From: a virus
Taxonomy: Duplodnaviria; Caudoviricetes
Virus record (IMG/VR): IMGVR_UViG_3300019360_000004
Location: 1 to 53,840 of that record
Direction: 5' to 3' (one strand)
DNA length: 53,840 nt
Part shown: positions 1 through 9,945 of the stretch, piece after piece
Position numbering within the stretch: position 1 is the stretch's first letter
Layout of the letters: the number at the start of each line of letters is the position of its first letter
Position numbers and translations under genes: made by a program
The notes under the pieces: generated by a model
What the model was told of the DNA's origin: nothing
The model's database searches: none
Seen by the model: the letters and a program-made list of their open reading frames with translations, nothing else

Positions 1-123
1 AACCAAAATGCATGATGAGTGTACCCCCGGCAGTGAGGCCGAGCAGGTCTATTGTGCGGCCAAGGCCTTCGACGGGTGGGATCTGGCGAGTGTGTTTGTC
101 ACCTTAGATCCGCCGTTGCGCAC
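1..123. repeat. Terminal direct repeat, left copy (circular assembly overlap)
   Basis: Bases 1-123 are identical to 53718-53840. Confidence 0.97.
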
Positions 124-187
124 AGTGTACTATTGGGAGAAAGACGGGATTTATAGTCTATAGCATGTTTATTTATTACGAGGACAT

Positions 188-736
188 ATGATTCCCAATA
201 ATGGGAGTGGCCCCGGTATTACCGCGATGGCACAGCGGCGTGAGGAGATTGCCCGCCGGTATTTACAAGGGCAATATCAGTCACAAATTGCGCGAGACAT
301 GGGCATCACCCAATCGGCGGTGAGTCTGGCGCTGAAGAAGATTCGCGCGGAGTGGTTGGCTTCGTCCCTGCGTAACTTTGACGCCCTCCAGGCCGAGCAG
401 CTCGCGAAGATCGATCTCGTCGAGGTCGCAGCGTGGGAAGGGTGGGCGCGGAGTCTGCTTCCCCGCGAGGTCTCGGTGACGGAAGCAACCGAGGGGAAGG
501 CGCAGCCGACCGTCCGGAAAGCGAGTCTGCGTCGGGAAGGCCAGGCGGGTGATCCACGTTTCCTGGTTTGTGTACAGAAATGTATCGATCAGCGTATTGG
601 CATTTTGGGCCTGGGGGCGGAGCAGGAGGCGTTGCAGCAGGCCGCACAAGGGATTTCCGTCGTTTTGGAGCAGGCACGGCAGCTGGCGGCAAAGCCCGTG
701 GCCACGTCCCCAACACCACCAATGGCAGAGGCATAA
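188..736 (+). CDS. terS: Terminase small subunit (HTH)
   Basis: N-terminal HTH (QSQIARDMGITQSAVSLAL), GDPRFL motif, RBS GAGGA, upstream of terL. Confidence 0.75.
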   Translation: MIPNNGSGPGITAMAQRREEIARRYLQGQYQSQIARDMGITQSAVSLALKKIRAEWLASSLRNFDALQAEQLAKIDLVEVAAWEGWARSLLPREVSVTEATEGKAQPTVRKASLRREGQAGDPRFLVCVQKCIDQRIGILGLGAEQEALQQAAQGISVVLEQARQLAAKPVATSPTPPMAEA

Positions 737-738
737 AC

Positions 739-1101
739 ATGGCCACACGTATTGTCGCTTGTGTATTCGATCAGGCTGAGAAAAAGGAAGGGGTGCGGAA
801 AGATAAAGATCAGGCATTGATATTTTGGACGAAAGCTTATCCTCTTGGATTGGTTTCTATGGATTGTGAAGGGGAAATCTGTATTGAATGGGTAGGCCCT
901 CTTGGGGAAGTGAGACTTATTTTGCCTGTATCAGACAGTCTTGTCCCCTATGTGTATTATGCATCTGGATCAGCGTATGGTATTGATAACCTTGATGATC
1001 CTCAGAAACTTCGCGCATTGCTCAAAAGTATGACTGCGAATGATTTTGATTCTGCCACGTTTGTGTCCTTGTGGCAGCGTTGGCAAGAATTAAATGGATG
1101 A
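739..1101 (+). CDS. Hypothetical protein
   Basis: ATG just after the terS stop; AT-richer; xEGEICIEW motif. Confidence 0.6.
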   Translation: MATRIVACVFDQAEKKEGVRKDKDQALIFWTKAYPLGLVSMDCEGEICIEWVGPLGEVRLILPVSDSLVPYVYYASGSAYGIDNLDDPQKLRALLKSMTANDFDSATFVSLWQRWQELNG

Positions 1102-1471
1102 TGACCATTCGCAGCATTCAACCATCGCAAAAATGTTGAGTTTTCAACAGTTGCCGGTCGGCTGGCATTATGGCGAAGGTCGTCCATGTGTCGTGGTTGC
1201 CTTATTGCAAGCTCTTTACCTGCATCGCTATGCGCAAATACTTGGTCTCACTGAGACAGATGCCTTTCCTGGCATTGACGGTGCGCTTTTGTTGACGGTC
1301 TATGATGGGGATGACACGCTTGCGTTTCAGTGTGAATTAGATGGCTCTATTAGCTATGTGTTGGAGAGAAATGATCTCGAGGTAGCCGAGACAGAAGACC
1401 TGACGATGGCGCAAGCGCGGACCATACTATATGCCCATGTCATGCAGAAAAGCTGCCCAGGCTCGTACTGA
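1094..1471 (+). CDS. Hypothetical protein
   Basis: Overlaps previous gene; LPVGWHYGEG...FPGIDG pattern. Confidence 0.6.
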   Translation: MDDDHSQHSTIAKMLSFQQLPVGWHYGEGRPCVVVALLQALYLHRYAQILGLTETDAFPGIDGALLLTVYDGDDTLAFQCELDGSISYVLERNDLEVAETEDLTMAQARTILYAHVMQKSCPGSY

Positions 1472-1487
1472 CGGAGGAATACATCCT

Positions 1488-1868
1488 ATGGTTGAGATGC
1501 GGATATTCTCTCTGGGGGCTATTGTAGCCTATAGTCCTGCCTGTTTTACAGATGGTGATATGTCCGTACCGGATGTCGACGACTGGCGGGTGGTCGCCAT
1601 CGGGATGCATTGGCGAGACGTCGTGAAGCGGTGGCCGAAGGAAAGCGAAAGAAAGTCGTTGTCATGGACCTATTTGTTACAGCCGCTCGATGGTGATCGT
1701 CGTCGTCAGGTATGGGCAGATGCGGATCATGTATTCCAATGGGATATTGCTGAGCGAGCGTCTACCGTATTTTATCTTCGTAAAGACCCATTGCCCCCGG
1801 TAGTATGGAAATGTGCCGTTGATACGGGGGAAGGGGATGACGATGCATCAAAAATGTTTTACTCGTGA
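1488..1868 (+). CDS. Hypothetical protein
   Basis: ORF with GGAGG RBS upstream of ATG 1488. Confidence 0.5.
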   Translation: MVEMRIFSLGAIVAYSPACFTDGDMSVPDVDDWRVVAIGMHWRDVVKRWPKESERKSLSWTYLLQPLDGDRRRQVWADADHVFQWDIAERASTVFYLRKDPLPPVVWKCAVDTGEGDDDASKMFYS

Positions 1869-1874
1869 TAGAAT

Positions 1875-3413
1875 GTGTACACTATGCAGATGATTCCCGC
1901 CGCCGGGTTGCGTCGTCAACGGGCACGGGTGACGTTCTCACCACTCTATCAGGCGCATCTCCACACCTATGCGGCATTGCGGGAGATGTGGCGGGATAAT
2001 CCCATATTTTATGTGCGGTGGCGCTTTGGGATTGAGCCTACGTGGCAACAGGCGCAGATCCTGCAAGCCATTGTCCCGCCAGGGAGTAAGGTCTCAGTAC
2101 GGTCAGGGCATGGGATCGGCAAAACGACGGCGGCGGCCTGGGCGCTGTATTGGATGCTGGAAACACACGACTATGCCAAGGTGCCGTGCACTGCGCCGTC
2201 CTCGCATCAACTCCGTGATATTCTGTGGGGCGAGCTCAGCAAATGGCGACGTATTGCCGATGCAATGAGTATGCAACGCAGCGAGCATTCCACGGTGACG
2301 TTGGGCAAACTGTTTCGGCTGGTGACAGATAGTCTGTATGATCCGAGCGCACGCGAATGGGGGGCCTTTGCGCGGACGGCTCGCAAGGAAAATCCTGAGG
2401 CATTACAGGGGTTTCACGCAGAGCATTTATTGTTCGTGGTAGACGAGGCTTCGGGTGTTCCCGAAGAGATTTTCGAGGCAGGAGAAGGGGCATTATCGAC
2501 ACCCGGTGCGCGGGTGCTCTTGCTTGGAAACCCGACTCGCACGCAGGGGACGTTTGCTGCCAGCCATCTTCACAATCGTGGGGACTATACGACGCTGCAT
2601 TTTCGCTCCCAGGATTCCCCGCTGGTGCACGGAGGGTATCGTGAGCAATTGGTGCGAAAATGGGGTGAGGGGAGTAATATGGTACGGGTCCGCGCGGATG
2701 GGGAGTTTCCGCGCCAGGACGATGATGTATTGATTCCCCTAGACTTAACTGAACCATGTCTCATGCGTGATTCGGTCGAGGGGGTAGGCCCGCGTTGTCT
2801 TGGTGTGGATGTCGCGCGTATGGGCGCAGATCGTACGACGCTCGTGCTCCGTCAGGGGGCTCTGGTGACACATATAGCGATCTATGCGAAGCAGGACACG
2901 ATGCAGACGGTCGGCCAGATTGTGGGAGTGTTAGACCGATGGGCAGTGGATACTGTGATGGTTGACGTGATCGGGTTAGGAGCAGGCGTCTATGATCGCC
3001 TGGTGGAGTTAGCCCGCCAGGGGGTGGTGAAAGTGCCCATAGTTGCCGTCAACGTAGCGATGGCGCCTCCACGTCAATCATTGGTGGGAGAGGCACGGCC
3101 GCGGTTACTGCGGGATTATCTTTGGTTGGCGATGGCCTGCTGGCTGCGGGATGACGCGCCAGTGTTTACCGCACCTGATCGCCAGGCATGTGAAGACCTC
3201 GCGGGGGAACTGGCGAGCGTGCATTATCGACTGGACAGTAGCGGATGTATCGTGGTCGAGGACAAAGATACTATGCGGAAACGCCTGGGACATTCACCCG
3301 ATTTGGCCGATGCGTTAGGGTGTACGTTTGTCCCCCAGCGGGAGTCCTTGCCTCCGATGAACTTGGGCGCGGTATTGGAAGATTTATCACAGGTGAGTCG
3401 CTGGAGGGAATAA
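1875..3413 (+). CDS. terL: Terminase large subunit
   Basis: Walker A SGHGIGKT, Walker B FVVDEASG, GNP motif, nuclease GVDVARMGADRT and SPDLADAL. Confidence 0.95.
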   Translation: MYTMQMIPAAGLRRQRARVTFSPLYQAHLHTYAALREMWRDNPIFYVRWRFGIEPTWQQAQILQAIVPPGSKVSVRSGHGIGKTTAAAWALYWMLETHDYAKVPCTAPSSHQLRDILWGELSKWRRIADAMSMQRSEHSTVTLGKLFRLVTDSLYDPSAREWGAFARTARKENPEALQGFHAEHLLFVVDEASGVPEEIFEAGEGALSTPGARVLLLGNPTRTQGTFAASHLHNRGDYTTLHFRSQDSPLVHGGYREQLVRKWGEGSNMVRVRADGEFPRQDDDVLIPLDLTEPCLMRDSVEGVGPRCLGVDVARMGADRTTLVLRQGALVTHIAIYAKQDTMQTVGQIVGVLDRWAVDTVMVDVIGLGAGVYDRLVELARQGVVKVPIVAVNVAMAPPRQSLVGEARPRLLRDYLWLAMACWLRDDAPVFTAPDRQACEDLAGELASVHYRLDSSGCIVVEDKDTMRKRLGHSPDLADALGCTFVPQRESLPPMNLGAVLEDLSQVSRWRE

Positions 3414-4766
3414 ATGGCTGAGATACGCCGTAATGGAAGCACTACACATGGTCTCCCAACTAATTTGATGATGGAGTTGGGGACTACTGGCCTCCGGCGG
3501 TACGGTGGGTACATTCGTGAGCAGTACCTCCCAGCGCTTGTCGGTTTGCAGGGTGTGCGTACCTTCAAACAAATGGGCCGCGATTCTATTCTAGGTGGTG
3601 TGCTCTATGCCAATGAAACGTTGATCCGGCAAGCAGGCTGGCGAGTAGACCCTGCCGATCACTCGAATCTAGCCCAGGCACATGCCGATCTGGTTGACAG
3701 CATGCTGTTCCAGGATATGAGTCAGTCCTGGCCGGTCTTTCTGAGTGAGGCGCTGAGTTTTCAGCTCTATGGCTGGGCATATCATGAGATTTGCTGGAAG
3801 CGTCGCTTAGGCGAGATACCACCGTCGGGATATGATCCGACGAGTCCCGAGTGGGATTGGTGGGCGACCAGTCAGTATGATGATGGACTGATTGCTCCCC
3901 GCAAATTGCCGATTCGGTCGCAGGATACGTTGCTGCAATGGGAGTTTGACCGCAGTGGTGGCGTCCAGGCCATGGTGCAGCAAGATCCCATCGTCGGGAA
4001 ACAGGCGACCATTCCGATAGACAAGGCCTTGCTCTTTCGCCTTTTCTCGGAAAAGGCGAACCCCGAAGGACGGAGTTTGTTTCTTGCGGCGTATGATGAT
4101 TGGTATGCTGCGAAACATATTAAGCGCATCGAAGGGATTGGGATTGAACGCGACCTTGCGGGGATGTTTCACGCGCGGCTTCCGCCGGAATATCTGAGTG
4201 CCAATGCCTCCCTCGAGGAGGCAAATATCCGCGAATACGTCAAGAAAATGGTCACGCAAGTACACCGCGATGAGCTGGAAGGTTTGGTCACGCCTCTGGC
4301 GTATGATGCGAATGGCAATGAGTTATTTCAATTTGAACTTTTGACGACTGGGGGCACGCGGCAATTTGATACCACCGCGATCATTCAACGTTATGATACT
4401 CGTAAGTTACAAGCGGTATTAGCGAATATCCTGATGGTAGGGATGCAAGGCCGTACGGGAAGCTATAGTCTTGGTGAGACGCTGAGTGATCTGTACATGG
4501 CGGGCCTGACCGCCATTGCGCATAGTTTGACAGAGGTATTGAATCGCCATCTGCTCCCCCGGATCTGGGCACTGAATGCGTTACCGCGTGCGACCATGCC
4601 GCGTGTGGTGCATGGGCACTTGAAACAGGTCGATTTTGATAAATTTACTTCCGGAGTGCTACGGCTCAGTCAGGCTGGGATGGTATTAACGCCCCAGGAT
4701 GAAATCCATATTCGCATGGAGTCCGGCTTTCCGCACGTCGTCCCTGATGCACAGGAAGAGATCTAG
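3414..4766 (+). CDS. Portal protein (DUF935-like)
   Basis: 450 aa directly after terL; YGWAYHEICW, NPEGRSL and GIERDLAG motifs. Confidence 0.88.
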   Translation: MAEIRRNGSTTHGLPTNLMMELGTTGLRRYGGYIREQYLPALVGLQGVRTFKQMGRDSILGGVLYANETLIRQAGWRVDPADHSNLAQAHADLVDSMLFQDMSQSWPVFLSEALSFQLYGWAYHEICWKRRLGEIPPSGYDPTSPEWDWWATSQYDDGLIAPRKLPIRSQDTLLQWEFDRSGGVQAMVQQDPIVGKQATIPIDKALLFRLFSEKANPEGRSLFLAAYDDWYAAKHIKRIEGIGIERDLAGMFHARLPPEYLSANASLEEANIREYVKKMVTQVHRDELEGLVTPLAYDANGNELFQFELLTTGGTRQFDTTAIIQRYDTRKLQAVLANILMVGMQGRTGSYSLGETLSDLYMAGLTAIAHSLTEVLNRHLLPRIWALNALPRATMPRVVHGHLKQVDFDKFTSGVLRLSQAGMVLTPQDEIHIRMESGFPHVVPDAQEEI

Positions 4767-5656
4767 TGCCTTTTATCGTTACGTTTGGGCATCAGCGTTT
4801 GAGGAAAGCGCACGATCAGCGTTCATCACTCGAACGGCTCATTGAGGATACCGTGCCACGGATGCAGGCTGATGTGCTTATTGTCCTCGCCGGTACTGGT
4901 GCAATGCTCGCTCGTGAGACGATTGGTCGCCTACTGACATTGGGTGACGATGTCACGTTGACCGCGGTTCTGAGTCGGGACTGGGACGATAATGGAGAGC
5001 AGGACTTACGGGATGCGCTGATTGCCGCCATGGTGGGCCTGGGCTTAGCGGCCGTGCGTGTGACTCCAGGTCCTGAGGGCGTGTCGTCTGCGCCAGAACT
5101 GGCATTGGAAGCACTGCTGATGCAGTACGCCACGATGGAGATCGATGCGCTGACCCTCACAACCCGCGCCGCAATCCCTGACATCCTAGCGATGGCCCAC
5201 GCCTCCGAACTTCCACTGGCGGATCAGATTGATCTAGTACAGAATACCTTGGGACTTACATCGCGCCAGGTGCAGACGATAGCACGGTACCGGGCGGGTT
5301 TGGAGGCCGCTGGGGAATCCTCGCAACGTATCAGTGCTATGCTAGCGCGTCGTATCACGGCATTGCGACAACAGCGGGCAGAGACGATTGCGCGGACTGA
5401 AGCGCAAAATGCCGTGGTCCTGGGACAAGAGGCGGTCTGGCAGGATGCAGTGCAGCGTGGCCTCGTGCAGGCGGGCGATATCCGGCGCTATTGGGTCATT
5501 GGCGCCGGGGCATGTCCGACCATCTGTGCATTAATTCCCGGCATGAATCAGGAAGGCCGGGGTCTGGAGGAGCCGTTTGAAACACCAATTGGACCGATTA
5601 TGCGTCCTACAGCCCATCCCAACTGTAAGTGCAGTCTTGCAGGACGATGGATCTAG
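4766..5656 (+). CDS. Head morphogenesis protein (Mu gpF/SPP1 gp7-like)
   Basis: RAETIARTE, CPTIC and C-terminal PTAHPNCKC. Confidence 0.85.
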   Translation: MPFIVTFGHQRLRKAHDQRSSLERLIEDTVPRMQADVLIVLAGTGAMLARETIGRLLTLGDDVTLTAVLSRDWDDNGEQDLRDALIAAMVGLGLAAVRVTPGPEGVSSAPELALEALLMQYATMEIDALTLTTRAAIPDILAMAHASELPLADQIDLVQNTLGLTSRQVQTIARYRAGLEAAGESSQRISAMLARRITALRQQRAETIARTEAQNAVVLGQEAVWQDAVQRGLVQAGDIRRYWVIGAGACPTICALIPGMNQEGRGLEEPFETPIGPIMRPTAHPNCKCSLAGRWI

Positions 5657-5690
5657 GGATCGCAGGGGTACTCTGAGAGGATCATCCTAC

Positions 5691-5885
5691 ATGTCTTCCC
5701 GTTCAGCCATTACTCTCTTAGATATTCTCCAACGGCATGGGCTGTCGATTGCAGTGTTAGAGCTGTGGGTTCAGCATTGTGAACGGAAGCGCACGGGCTT
5801 TTTTGGCTGTCATACGGTTCATGGGGAGATTGAACTGTATGAGGCATGTTGTAAGGAAAAGGTGAAACATCTGGAGGAGGCTTGA
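5691..5885 (+). CDS. Small hypothetical protein
   Basis: 64-aa ORF; LDILQRHG shared with ORF 31070-31273. Confidence 0.5.
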   Translation: MSSRSAITLLDILQRHGLSIAVLELWVQHCERKRTGFFGCHTVHGEIELYEACCKEKVKHLEEA

Positions 5886-5910
5886 CAAACGTCTAACACT
5901 AGTGTACTTG
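5882..5910 (+). promoter_or_regulatory. Putative sigma70-type promoter
   Basis: TTGACA-17 bp-TACTTG (weak -10). Confidence 0.35.
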
Positions 5911-5990
5911 TTCTAGTCAGTTAGACATTTTTGTCCATCCGACACCATAGATGCCAGCATATACATGCTGAGCGGGCCAACGCACACACG

Positions 5991-6040
5991 AGTCCCACCC
6001 TCCTGACCGGCAGGTCAGATGGATGGGGCTTTTTTATTTC
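5991..6040 (+). terminator. Intrinsic-terminator-like hairpin
   Basis: agtccca..ctgacc-ggca-ggtcag..tggggct followed by a T-tract. Confidence 0.6.
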
Positions 6041-6050
6041 GGGAGTTGTG

Positions 6051-6446
6051 ATGCCGTCCCTTTCTATCCCTATTACCAAGGCTGATGATGTGACCCAGTG
6101 TGTGTTTGGTTGGGCGTCCATCGCAGTCACGAAAACCGGGGAATCCCTGGTGGATTTGCAGGGCGATGTGATCGATATCTATGACCTCGAGCAGGCATTC
6201 TATGAGTATGTCAAAGCATCAGGCGAGTTGAACTTCCATCATACCGGTGCAATCCGAGGCCAGCTCATTGAAGCGATGGTGTTCACTCCTGAAAAACTTA
6301 CAAAAATGGGTATCCCTCCTGGTATGGTGCCGCTGGGGGCCTGGGTCGGCTATCACTTACCGGATAGGGCGGATTATCAGCAAGCACGAGAGGAAGGCCT
6401 GCTTATGTTCAGCATTGAGGGCATGGCTGAGCGGGTGGAGGTGTAA
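6051..6446 (+). CDS. Prohead protease, XkdF-like
   Basis: VFGWAS, DLQGDVI, HHTG, GAWVG and FSIEG motifs; precedes scaffold and capsid genes. Confidence 0.8.
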   Translation: MPSLSIPITKADDVTQCVFGWASIAVTKTGESLVDLQGDVIDIYDLEQAFYEYVKASGELNFHHTGAIRGQLIEAMVFTPEKLTKMGIPPGMVPLGAWVGYHLPDRADYQQAREEGLLMFSIEGMAERVEV

Positions 6447-6448
6447 GC

Positions 6449-7831
6449 ATGGCTACACGTCTCACAAAATTGTCCATCGGTAAAGTGGCGCTGGTGCCAA
6501 AAGGGGCGAACCAGGAAGCTTATGTCTTGCTCTATAAGATGGACAAAGCGGAGTGGACCACGGCGACGGTCAACAATTTTCCCGATAGTTCATTCGCCTA
6601 TGTCGAGCCGGGTGATAAGGATCCGGACGGGAAGACGACTCCACGCAGCAAGCGTCACCTGCCCTACAAGGATGCGGCTGGGAAGCCCGATGCCGCCCAT
6701 ACACGCAACGCCCTTTCGCGGCTTCCGCAGACGAACATTTCGGCCAGCGCGAAAGCCAGCGCCAAGCGCAAACTTTTGGCGGCCGCACGCTCGTTGGGGA
6801 TTAACGCCACTACTAATACACAAAAGGATCTAGGGATGGATGATACGGCGATGGCGATGGATGAGGAGCGAGAATCTCCGCCGATGACGTTAGAAGAACG
6901 GCAGCAGGCGCGCCAGCTCTATGCGCAATGGGGGCCTCTCTGGCGTGATTTCTGCGCGACTGTTAACGAGATTATGGACTGGGACGATGACGATGCGCAA
7001 TATGCCGACATTCTGATGCAGTCTATTGAGCAATTCTCGACACAGGCAACTGCCATCTTGTCCGACCTGGGCCTTCTTACCAAAGCTGCCCCGCTATTTG
7101 CCGTGCTGAATGAGGTGACGAAGGCCGGGGCCGTAATGAGCGGAGCCCGTCGAGCGCGTTTACAAGCGGCGATTGGGGCCTTACAGGCTATTCTGGATGA
7201 AGCGAATCCACAAACGGGTGGAGAAACGACCACCCCAGCGACGAAAGGAGTCCGCATGACTGTGACTGTTGATGAAATAACCAAACGGGCTGAAACCGCT
7301 GAGGCTCGTGTGCATGTCCTCGAAGCGGAATTGCTCCAGGCGAAAATGTCGCCTGAGGAACAAGAAGCGGAATACCTCAAGAATTTGCCCGATGCGGTGC
7401 GGAAGCAGTACACAGCCGATAAGGTGGAAAAAGCTGCCCTGCGTGAGGAACTGCGAATTGAGAAAGAGGCGCGGCAGCGGCAGGAGTACATCGAAAAGAC
7501 GGTGACGTATCGCCTCGTTGGGATGACACCCGATCATTGGAATGTGCTAAAGGCGATTGATGGCCTGCCGCAGCAGGAACGTGATGAATTGCTCCGCATG
7601 TTGGCCAGTGCCCATGAGGTGATCAAAACGTCTGGGCTGTTGAAAGTCCATGGGAAAGACGGTGTTGCCCCTGTGATGGGAAGCGCCCTCGAGCGCATCG
7701 AAAAAATGGCACGCGAGCGTGCGGCCGCAAGTGAGGGCAAGCTCACCTATGAGCAAGCCTATGATCGGATCAGTAGCGAACAACCGACGTTGTTTGCTGA
7801 GGCTCGGAGCGAGCAGCGGAGGGTGGCATAA
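6449..7831 (+). CDS. Capsid scaffold / maturation-associated protein
   Basis: VALVPKGAN N-terminus, FPDSSFAY...HTRNALSR domain, coiled-coil C-terminus; internal RBS+ATG at 7256. Confidence 0.7.
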   Translation: MATRLTKLSIGKVALVPKGANQEAYVLLYKMDKAEWTTATVNNFPDSSFAYVEPGDKDPDGKTTPRSKRHLPYKDAAGKPDAAHTRNALSRLPQTNISASAKASAKRKLLAAARSLGINATTNTQKDLGMDDTAMAMDEERESPPMTLEERQQARQLYAQWGPLWRDFCATVNEIMDWDDDDAQYADILMQSIEQFSTQATAILSDLGLLTKAAPLFAVLNEVTKAGAVMSGARRARLQAAIGALQAILDEANPQTGGETTTPATKGVRMTVTVDEITKRAETAEARVHVLEAELLQAKMSPEEQEAEYLKNLPDAVRKQYTADKVEKAALREELRIEKEARQRQEYIEKTVTYRLVGMTPDHWNVLKAIDGLPQQERDELLRMLASAHEVIKTSGLLKVHGKDGVAPVMGSALERIEKMARERAAASEGKLTYEQAYDRISSEQPTLFAEARSEQRRVA

Positions 7832-8223
7832 TGGCCTTTGAATATCCACGCTTTGTGCGGACGTATAAAGCAACCGCCGATCTGTCGGCGAAACAATTCT
7901 ATCATATCAAATATGATGCCACCGGTGATGGAGTGACCGCCATTACCGCAGATACGGATGTGCCATTTGGGGTGTTACAGAACAATCCGGGAAATGGTGG
8001 GGCTGCGGAGGTTCTCCATCATGGGATCAGTAAAGTGTCCGCTGATGCGGCTATTACACGAGGCGCTGTTATAGGGACCTCTGCTGATGGCCAGGCGATT
8101 ACACGTGCGATTGGTACAGACACGACGAAATACGTTTCTGGCGTTGCCCTGCAAACCGCAAGTGGGGTGAATAGTCTTATTGCGGCCATGATTAACTGTA
8201 TGGATCCTCATCGGGCTGCATAG
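7831..8223 (+). CDS. Capsid decoration/cement protein
   Basis: ATADLSAKQF...GVLQNNP...GISKV pattern; lies between scaffold and major capsid gene. Confidence 0.75.
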   Translation: MAFEYPRFVRTYKATADLSAKQFYHIKYDATGDGVTAITADTDVPFGVLQNNPGNGGAAEVLHHGISKVSADAAITRGAVIGTSADGQAITRAIGTDTTKYVSGVALQTASGVNSLIAAMINCMDPHRAA

Positions 8224-8236
8224 GAGAATATAGACT

Positions 8237-9214
8237 ATGCCTCAGCCATCCTTTTTAGATGTGCATGTGGATGTGCCGCTGACCAATATGTCAGTCGCGT
8301 ACATCCAAAGCCAGGACATGTTTATCGCCACCAAGGCCGCTCCGATTGTCCCTGTGGACCACAAGTCTAATAAGTATTATGTATGGAACAAAGACGATTG
8401 GTTCCGGGATGAGGCACAACTCCGGGGCGACTCTGAAGAGTCGGCCGGCGGGGGGATGCGGCTTTCCACGGATAACTATTCCTGCGACGTTTTTGCTTTC
8501 CACAAAGATGTGGGGCATTTGACGCAGGCTAATCAAGATCCGCAGGTGAATATCGATCGGGCCTCGACGTTGCTCGTGACGCAGCGTATGCTCCTGCGTC
8601 GGGAGAAACAGTGGGCGACGGATTACTTCACCACGGGCGTGTGGGCGACTGATCGTACGGGTGTCGCCTCCTCTCCATCGGCAACGCAGTTTGTCTATTG
8701 GTCGGATTACAGCGTGTCTGATCCGATTAATGATGTTGAGACTGGGAAAAGCACGATCCTGCTCAATACCGGATTTATGGCGAATACTCTGGTATTAGGC
8801 TACCAGGTTTTTGCTAAATTGAAACAGCATCCGGATCTTATTGATCGGATCAAATACACCCAGCGGGGTGTCGTGACGGAAGAAATCATGGCTGAGGTGT
8901 TCGGGGTACAAAATCTGTTGGTCGCCAAGGCGGTGCAGAACACTGCGGATGAAGGGCAGACCGGCTCGTATAGTTTTGTGCACGGCAAAGCGGCCTGGTT
9001 GGGCTATGTGAATCCGGCGCCGGAAATGATGGCCCCAAGTGCGATGTACACGTTTGGCTGGACTGGCGTGAGTGAAGGCATGGGGGCCACGATTGGGGTC
9101 GCGAACTTCTACCTCCAACATCTCAAAACCTGGCGCTACGAGGCTGAGATGGGATGGGACAATAAGGTTGTTGCGACTGATCTGGGCTATTTCTTTGCCT
9201 CTGCTGTTGCTTAG
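8237..9214 (+). CDS. Major capsid protein
   Basis: 325 aa; HVDVPLTNMSVAY start, LKQHPDLIDRIKYT, DLGYFFASAV end. Confidence 0.9.
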   Translation: MPQPSFLDVHVDVPLTNMSVAYIQSQDMFIATKAAPIVPVDHKSNKYYVWNKDDWFRDEAQLRGDSEESAGGGMRLSTDNYSCDVFAFHKDVGHLTQANQDPQVNIDRASTLLVTQRMLLRREKQWATDYFTTGVWATDRTGVASSPSATQFVYWSDYSVSDPINDVETGKSTILLNTGFMANTLVLGYQVFAKLKQHPDLIDRIKYTQRGVVTEEIMAEVFGVQNLLVAKAVQNTADEGQTGSYSFVHGKAAWLGYVNPAPEMMAPSAMYTFGWTGVSEGMGATIGVANFYLQHLKTWRYEAEMGWDNKVVATDLGYFFASAVA

Positions 9215-9226
9215 TAAGAAGGGTAT

Positions 9227-9436
9227 ATGCAATACGAAGTGCTGCGACCTTTTGAATGTGCTGGAGTGCAACTTCAGCCTGGAACGATTGTGGATGTCTC
9301 CACCTGGCGCCCGCGATGTGTCGAGGGCCTGATCAGTGATCGGCGCTTACGCCCGGTGAATATGCCCGCAGGCTTTGACGTGAAACTGGAACGCCGGAGC
9401 GGCAAGACCGCGCCTCTGTTCAGGGAGAAAACATAA
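9227..9436 (+). CDS. Small virion-associated protein
   Basis: YEVLRPF...QPGTIVD small-protein pattern typical after a major capsid gene. Confidence 0.55.
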   Translation: MQYEVLRPFECAGVQLQPGTIVDVSTWRPRCVEGLISDRRLRPVNMPAGFDVKLERRSGKTAPLFREKT

Positions 9437-9936
9437 TGCCGAATTATTTGTTGCAAGCCGGCTTTCAGACAAACGCGATAGCGGCCGCTGTCATCGATGC
9501 GGCTGCTATCGAAAAAGTGCATACCGGCATTCGCGTTGACCGTGTCGCTGGCGCCTTACCAGCTACGACCACCCTCAATATTTTCAGTGTCACTGGGACC
9601 GTCTTGTTGACCGGCTTTCTGGGGGTCGTTGGCACGGTCATTCAGACGCAGACCTGTAACCTGAAGGTCTCTCTGATTGATACCCTTACCAGCACCACTA
9701 CCGATATATGCGCCAACCTCAACGTGAGCGCGAAAGCGGCGGGATCGCTGTTTACGATTACTGGTACGCTGGCTACAGCGTTGCAGAGTGGGCTCGTGCT
9801 TCCAGCGCAGGCCGCTCCTGTGATTCTCGTCCCGGGCACAGTGATACTGACGACGTCAGCAACAAATACGGGAACAGTTGCGTGGTCGGTCTGGTATCAC
9901 CCGCTGACCACCGGGGCCTCGATGACGGCTCTCTAG
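9436..9936 (+). CDS. Putative virion structural protein
   Basis: Beta/Thr-rich; translationally coupled. Confidence 0.55.
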   Translation: MPNYLLQAGFQTNAIAAAVIDAAAIEKVHTGIRVDRVAGALPATTTLNIFSVTGTVLLTGFLGVVGTVIQTQTCNLKVSLIDTLTSTTTDICANLNVSAKAAGSLFTITGTLATALQSGLVLPAQAAPVILVPGTVILTTSATNTGTVAWSVWYHPLTTGASMTAL

Positions 9937-9945
9937 GAGGCGACG

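Noticed and set aside
1-123. Biological terminal repeat of the virion DNA
   Set aside because: More simply an assembler overlap of a circular contig; cannot be distinguished without reads
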